DNA from: the human T2T-CHM13v2.0 reference genome, Homo sapiens
Reading direction: 5' to 3' (one strand)
Length of the DNA stretch: 64,000 bases
Assembly (NCBI RefSeq): GCF_009914755.1
Contig: NC_060926.1
Notes under the pieces: model-generated
What the model was told of the DNA's origin: nothing
The model's input: the letters and a program-made list of their open reading frames with translations, nothing else
The model's database searches: none
In this document: positions 57,672 through 64,000 of the stretch, piece after piece
Layout: every line of letters begins with the position of its first letter
How positions within the stretch are numbered: position 1 is the stretch's first letter
Position numbers and translations under genes: made by a program

Positions 57672-58939
57672 GAGGTGACAGCAATGGCCAAGTTTCTTTC
57701 CTCTTTGGGCTCCAATTTCCTCAGCTACAAGAAGGGACCTCTTAGTCCTTTTAAGCTGGACTCTTGAAATCTTTCCAGTTTAGCTAATTAGACTTTCAAA
57801 GAAGCTAGAGATTGTTGAATAGAAAGAATTCAGCTGGTATAGAGAACTGGGAGCCTGTGCTGCTGTCTTCAGGTAATTATGTCATTACATAAGGAAATGA
57901 AAACAATTTAAGGATGCTTTTTATCTTTTAGTATTGGCATGGCTTTGACTCTAACACTGAGGCAATAATTTGTGGTCAGTGCCAGATGCAACGTCTCCTT
58001 CATGGGCTGCGTCACAAAATCAAAACAGCTGCTTGGAACTAAAACTGATTTTCACAGAATGCCAGATGTGCTAGATGTCCTCTCCTGAGCTACCTGATTC
58101 AGTCCTCCTGGGAATACACAGGCATTTCAAATACTAGAGTGAGTGATCTGGGGACGTGACCACCCACCTGCCCCTTCAAATATTTCTGCAGTGTTCATAT
58201 AGTATGTTTCTGATATTTTTCCTTTATCTTTACATCTTTGAAAACATGGTCCTATGTAGAGTATTCTCAATGACAGTCATAGACTCTGCTGAGAGCAAAC
58301 AAATACCCCAATTAAAAGTGACCACTTGATTGTCAACTCAGAGCAGCTGTTTCTTTCCCACCTTTACCCAGCATTCCTGGGAACCCTTTAAATTGGATGT
58401 GGGTTGGAGACAAGCTGCTCGGGTGTTCAGGGGTTAAACTCCTATACTTGCATGTTGTATTTGATTTAGGAATCATCATCCATGACCCATAATACAGTTG
58501 GGGTAAGGAATATGACCACAGCCAGTGGTGGGCTGGCCCATCCCAGCTTTCCTGCTGGGAGAGGGGCATTACAGTGAACAAATGGATATACCCACCAGTA
58601 TCAGGTAGTGAAGATGTCCCCCCATGTCTGGAGTGAGAAACCTGAAAATAGGTGAGCCATTTCTTTCTTCTTTCATTCTCCCCTATCAAGGCCTGCTGGT
58701 GTGGACTAGTCTTACACAGATGCAGGGGACAAATAAGATGACCATTTAGAAAGCTGAAAGGTGTCTAATAAATTCATGTGGGAGCTTTCCTTTTATATTC
58801 GTGCATAACAAAAAGTAAACAGGTTTTATCATTCTGGCATATTAGCAAAAAATTAAATCCTTAAAGCTGAGCAGGGTTCGTACATTGCTATTAGGAGTAG
58901 ACATTGGTAGAACTGAAATAAAAATAGTTTAAGTATGGG

Positions 58940-59738
58940 TCAATGATGCTGAGAATTTTTTCATATGATTGTTGGCTGTTTGTATGTCTTCTTTTGAAAA
59001 ATGTCTGTTTTCAAAACCACAGTGAGATACCATCTCACACCAGTCAGAATAGTTAATATTAGAAAGTCAAAAAACAACAGATGCTGGCAAGGCTGCAGAG
59101 AAAAGGGAACACTAATACATTGTTGGTGGGAATATAATTTAGTCCAGCCAATGTGGAAAGCAGTTTGGATATTTCTCCAAGTACTTCAAACAGAACTACC
59201 ATTTGACCCAGCAATCCCATTACTAGGTATATACCCAAAAGGAAAATCAATCATTTTACCAAAAAGAAACACACACGTATGTTCATCGCAGCACAATTCA
59301 CAATAGCAAAGACATGGAATCCACCCAGGTACCCATCAATGGTAGATTGGATAAAGAAAATGTGGTACATAATATGACACAGCTATAAAAAAGAATGAAA
59401 TCATGCCCTTTGCAGCAACATTGGTGTAGCTGGAAGTCATAATCCTAAACAAATTAACACAGAAACAGAAAACCAAATACTGCATGTTCTCACTTCTAAG
59501 TGAGAGCGAAACATTGAACACACATGGACATTAACATGGGAACCACAGACACTGTGGACTACTGGAGGGGGACAGGAGAGGTGGGGCATGGTTTGAAAAA
59601 CTACCTATTAGGTACTATGCTCACTACCTGCGTGACAGGATCTGTACCCCAAACCTCAATATCATGCAATTGTTCCATGTAACAAACCTGCATATACACC
59701 CCATGTATCTAACATAAAATTAATTAAAAAAAAGAAAA
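58940..59738 (+). mobile_element. L1PA16/17-like 3' fragment with an inverted 5' segment (58940-59009 on minus)
   Basis: Minus piece aacagacatttttcaaaagaagacatac..atatgaaaaaattctcagcatca abuts plus piece tcaaaaccacagtgagataccatctcacaccagtcag; 3'UTR gaaaaactacctattaggtactatgctcactacctg. Confidence 0.92.
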
Positions 59739-59754
59739 TCATGCATCAGGAAAA

Positions 59755-60500
<746 letters not shown>

Positions 60501-60659
60501 ATCTGTCTTTAGAAAGTATGAATCAAGAGCCTCAGAAATGTTAGACATAATTCAGCCTTAATGGATTCAATGTTCACAGCCACTTCTTTCACTGGATGTG
60601 TTATTTACATGTGAATCACCATGTTTCTTTTCTTGAAAAATAAGATTACACCATTAGGT

Positions 60660-61570
60660 GAGATACAACTTAAAATAGATTTTTCAAAAAGAATGAAGTG
60701 TTAAAATTTTTCTTTTATCCTTATATACCTGAGAATATGACTGAATATAGAATTCTAGGGTCACAAATCATTTTATTCCAAAGTCCCCCAGCCACTGTTT
60801 TATTATTTTCTATTACCTAATGCTGTTATAGTAAATTCTGAGTCCATTCATTATTTTTTCAGTTTTATAGGTGAACTATTTTTTGTAGACACATGTTGGT
60901 ATCTTTCTTCTTCACAAGGTTCAGCAATTTTTGTTAAAATATGGCATAATGTTAGTCATTCTTTGTGATTTCCTCCTAGAACACACTGAGCCCTTAGGAT
61001 TGCAGATCAAGATTTTTAGTTCCAGATATTTTTTCACTTACATATTTGAATGTTTTCTGTTTAGTATATTCTATTCACTAAATTTATATTACTAATTATT
61101 CAAAAGTGATGGCTGCATTGTCTGTTACTCAGATGTGCTCTTTTAAAAATTCTTTATCCTTTCTCTCCTCATTCTTTGGAATTTTTCTCATTCCATCCTC
61201 TATGTCACCGCCTTAAATTTCCATAGTGTCATATCAGTTCTGTTTATTGATGATTCTACAGCCTTCAAAAAAAATCTACACTAGTATTATGCATTCATTC
61301 TCTTAATTATTTTCATCATCACTGCTAACACCACTTATCATTCATTTTGTCATTTTCTCTCTGATCTTATATTCTTAATATTTACATTTTATTTAATTGC
61401 CTTGAAAATAAAAAAGCAGTAGTCATCTAAAATTTGCTCACCTTCCCTAGAAAACATTCTTTCTTCAAAGAGTGCTCACAGTCTCTTGTTTTGTCCTAGT
61501 TTTTATTTTATCTTTTTGACATAATTTTTGCATTGGTCTCATATGGTCGTATGGTCATTGCTTTCCTTCT
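60660..61570 (-). mobile_element. Very old L1/HAL1-like ORF1 fragment
   Basis: tgaatatagaattctagggtcacaaatcatttt..tgctgtt..aaattctgag; T-rich antisense ORF1-like composition. Confidence 0.5.
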
Positions 61571-63399
61571 TAACTTTCTGAACAGAGGCTGTTGCAATTA
61601 GGATGGCGAATGGTGAAAAACAGTGTGGTTGAATTGAACATAAGCTGAAGGGCTAGACATCATGGCTTCAATCCTTGTGGAGGTAAGAGAGCTGGGACAT
61701 CAGACATCAGCAGGTGGCCTTGGCTCCTTTTCCTTCATTTATAATTTTACTAAAATCCTTTCAGAATAAGGGCTGATCACCACTGGGAAATTTAAGGCAT
61801 AATCTGCCTTTACTCTATCCTCCCATTTTGGGTGGCTAATCCAGCCACTGTAATGTAAAGAAGGACCTTGTGGTTCATAGCTTTTGGTTTCTGGCATCTA
61901 TGTATGTTTAATATTCCACCTTTCTGAACTTATCTTTACTATCAATCAATGATCTGCTAGGGGACAGAGATTTACTCATGGTTCTTGCATAGCACGTTGT
62001 TTCCTGATAGGTGTTCAGAAAAGAAATTTTTTTTAAACTATTCCAGTTTAATTGACTGAGAGACTCAAGGTCACAAGCCCAAATATTATTCAATAACCAC
62101 ATACCACATCCTTGCTGATTTCCATGACATAAAACTACAACGTATAGACATTGGCTGCCACAGGAGAACATGATTTACTGAACCTTCCAATCTGCTGTGA
62201 AAGGGAACCTGAAATTTGCTGTAAATTACAAGCCCAAGGATCAGAACATATTCATCCATTTCCCTATGAATTAGGGGAGACTTGGTGAAGATATTTGGCC
62301 ACACTGGAAAGGGAAATCTTCCCCTTTCTTGAGGTTTTATGCTATGTACTTACTTATGCCAATGTCTCAAACACCATATGTAGATACGTGTAGATGAGAG
62401 GGAGTTTAAAATAAGGAAGAATGTAGCAGATTTCAAACAGTTTTTTTCTATGCCATTACATATACTATAGTATTAAAACATAACAAAAAGGAAAATAAAA
62501 AAATCTGTTCTAACAATCTGTTTCAAGAATCTTGAAAGATATACAAAACAAATCACTCCAGATGAGACGTATATTTCAGTTCCCACCACCTCAACCCAAT
62601 AACGACAATCCCAAGGGCCCATGAATGAAGAAGCCAGAAGAGGTCAGCTCATACATCCCCTTCCTTTAGACAGGACTGTAATGAAATCATCGTTGACCAA
62701 GGCTGTCAATGGTTCTGGGTGACCAGAGCACAGCAATCATTTCCATTATTTTCCATAGAATGACTTGTGAATTGCCACCTCCTGCAAATCCTGTGGCCTA
62801 TGATCTGGACCAAATCACATCCAAGTGTCTGATCAGTTCTGAGAGTGGTTGTGGATGACCTTAGTATTCCAGAAGACTGGCTCTGAACACACACTAGTGC
62901 ATCCACAATGGGACATCCATGTGTAAAAAGGAGTGAGGAGCTGGGATTCTTCAGTGGCCTCCAGCTTTCATTCCATACAGGAATGGTCTCGTTCATATGC
63001 CTCTGAGAGAGTCAGCTTGGAGACAGGCAAGTCTGGGTTCAAATCCTGGGTCCATCCCTAGATGGTTGAGTGTGGTTCCTTTATCCTTTATAACAGGGCC
63101 AATACATACTTCACTTGGCCTTTGTGAGGACTGGGGGACTGTCCACCTAAGGCAAAATAAAGACATCATTTATTCACAGTCTTCCTTAGTGATGCACACA
63201 TGTGGCCTGAGAACTAACATTGATCTTAGCCTTAGGATCCCTTCGTTCTACCACTGACATTAACCCCCATGTGATCTTGTGCATGTCAGTTTCCCTCTCT
63301 GAGTTTGATTGACCCTTTAGTGAGATTAATCAAAATTGATCTCCAAGTCACTTTCAGCTTTAAAAAATGCAAAGCTCTACAAATCATTCTGATATTGGC

Positions 63400-63670
63400 C
63401 CCAAAACCACCTCTTGGCACCTCCTTTGCTTCTCTATGCAGTTTTAGGATCCCCTTGTCTGATTTCTTATTCAACTCTGTGAGATCATATCACCAGTCTA
63501 GCAACATCCTGTCCCATGCCATTTTATAATTTCCTGTTTAATTGCCTGTTTTGTACCCCTAGACTGTGAATTACCTGATGGCAGCAACTGTGTTTCATTT
63601 GCCATAGTGTTCCAAGTGTTTTGTCAAGGGCTTAAAACATAGTCATTGTTCATTAAATGCTTTTGTGGAT
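63400..63670 (+). mobile_element. L2 3' fragment
   Basis: ccctagactgtgaattacctgatggcagcaactgtgtttcattt..acatagt..ttcattaaatgc. Confidence 0.65.
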
Positions 63671-64000
63671 TAGGATTATTAATTTATTTACCACAACATT
63701 ATTGAACATACCTGTTGGCAACTATATTCTCTCTTCTATGGGCATTGAAAATAGAGGATTTCTTAAGTATTTCTAATGATATGATTTCAGGTAAAGGCAT
63801 CTTTCCCAGGAAACTTCAACCTTCAATTTCAGTGCAGCTGGCAAAGACATGTTCATTCCACCTATGTATAAAGACAAGAAAGATTTTAGCACCCTTGTAA
63901 GGGTAGATTTTCTAATTTGAAATTTATTCATTTGTTAAACTGTTTGCTAAGTGCCAACTATTTGTCATACACAAGACTAGGCAATGGGGAGACAGATACT

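Noticed and set aside
56785-57675. TSD for the MER4 LTR (likewise MSTB at 52434 and L1 at 58940)
   Set aside because: The flanks match poorly (gaat vs gagg), so no TSD is claimed.
62738-62940. Exon-like segment (ttttccatag acceptor, weak gtgagg donor)
   Set aside because: Splice-like signals of this quality are common by chance, I see no convincing coding frame, and there is no transcript evidence.

Overview
Primate (very probably human) non-coding genomic DNA. It is AT-rich, CpG-depleted and contains AluY/AluS/AluJ, L1PA, THE1, MST, LTR9 and MER4 elements. I find no supportable protein-coding exon, RNA gene, CpG island or CRISPR-like array; the listed ORFs are repeat-derived or chance ORFs. 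Much of the window is recognisable transposon fossil: about a dozen Alus/monomers, about 12 LTR insertions including a two-LTR MLT1 provirus with nested insertions, young and old L1 fragments, L2/MIR, and hAT and mariner DNA elements. I see no new biological system. The most unusual signals are mechanistic scars and candidate regulatory sites. The scars are an L1PA 5' junction with two interleaved inverted copies (45.3 kb), a TSD-flanked copy of a 234-bp segment taken from 1.36 kb away (52.1 kb vs 53.5 kb), a tandem duplication showing microsatellite birth (55.6 kb), a twin-primed L1 and several micro-palindromes. The candidate regulatory sites are an intact DUX4 motif in a THE1A LTR, a TCF/homeobox-dense unique block and a perfect ARE. 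Repeat subfamily names are from recall of consensus sequences, not from a RepeatMasker run. Boundaries of old elements are approximate.
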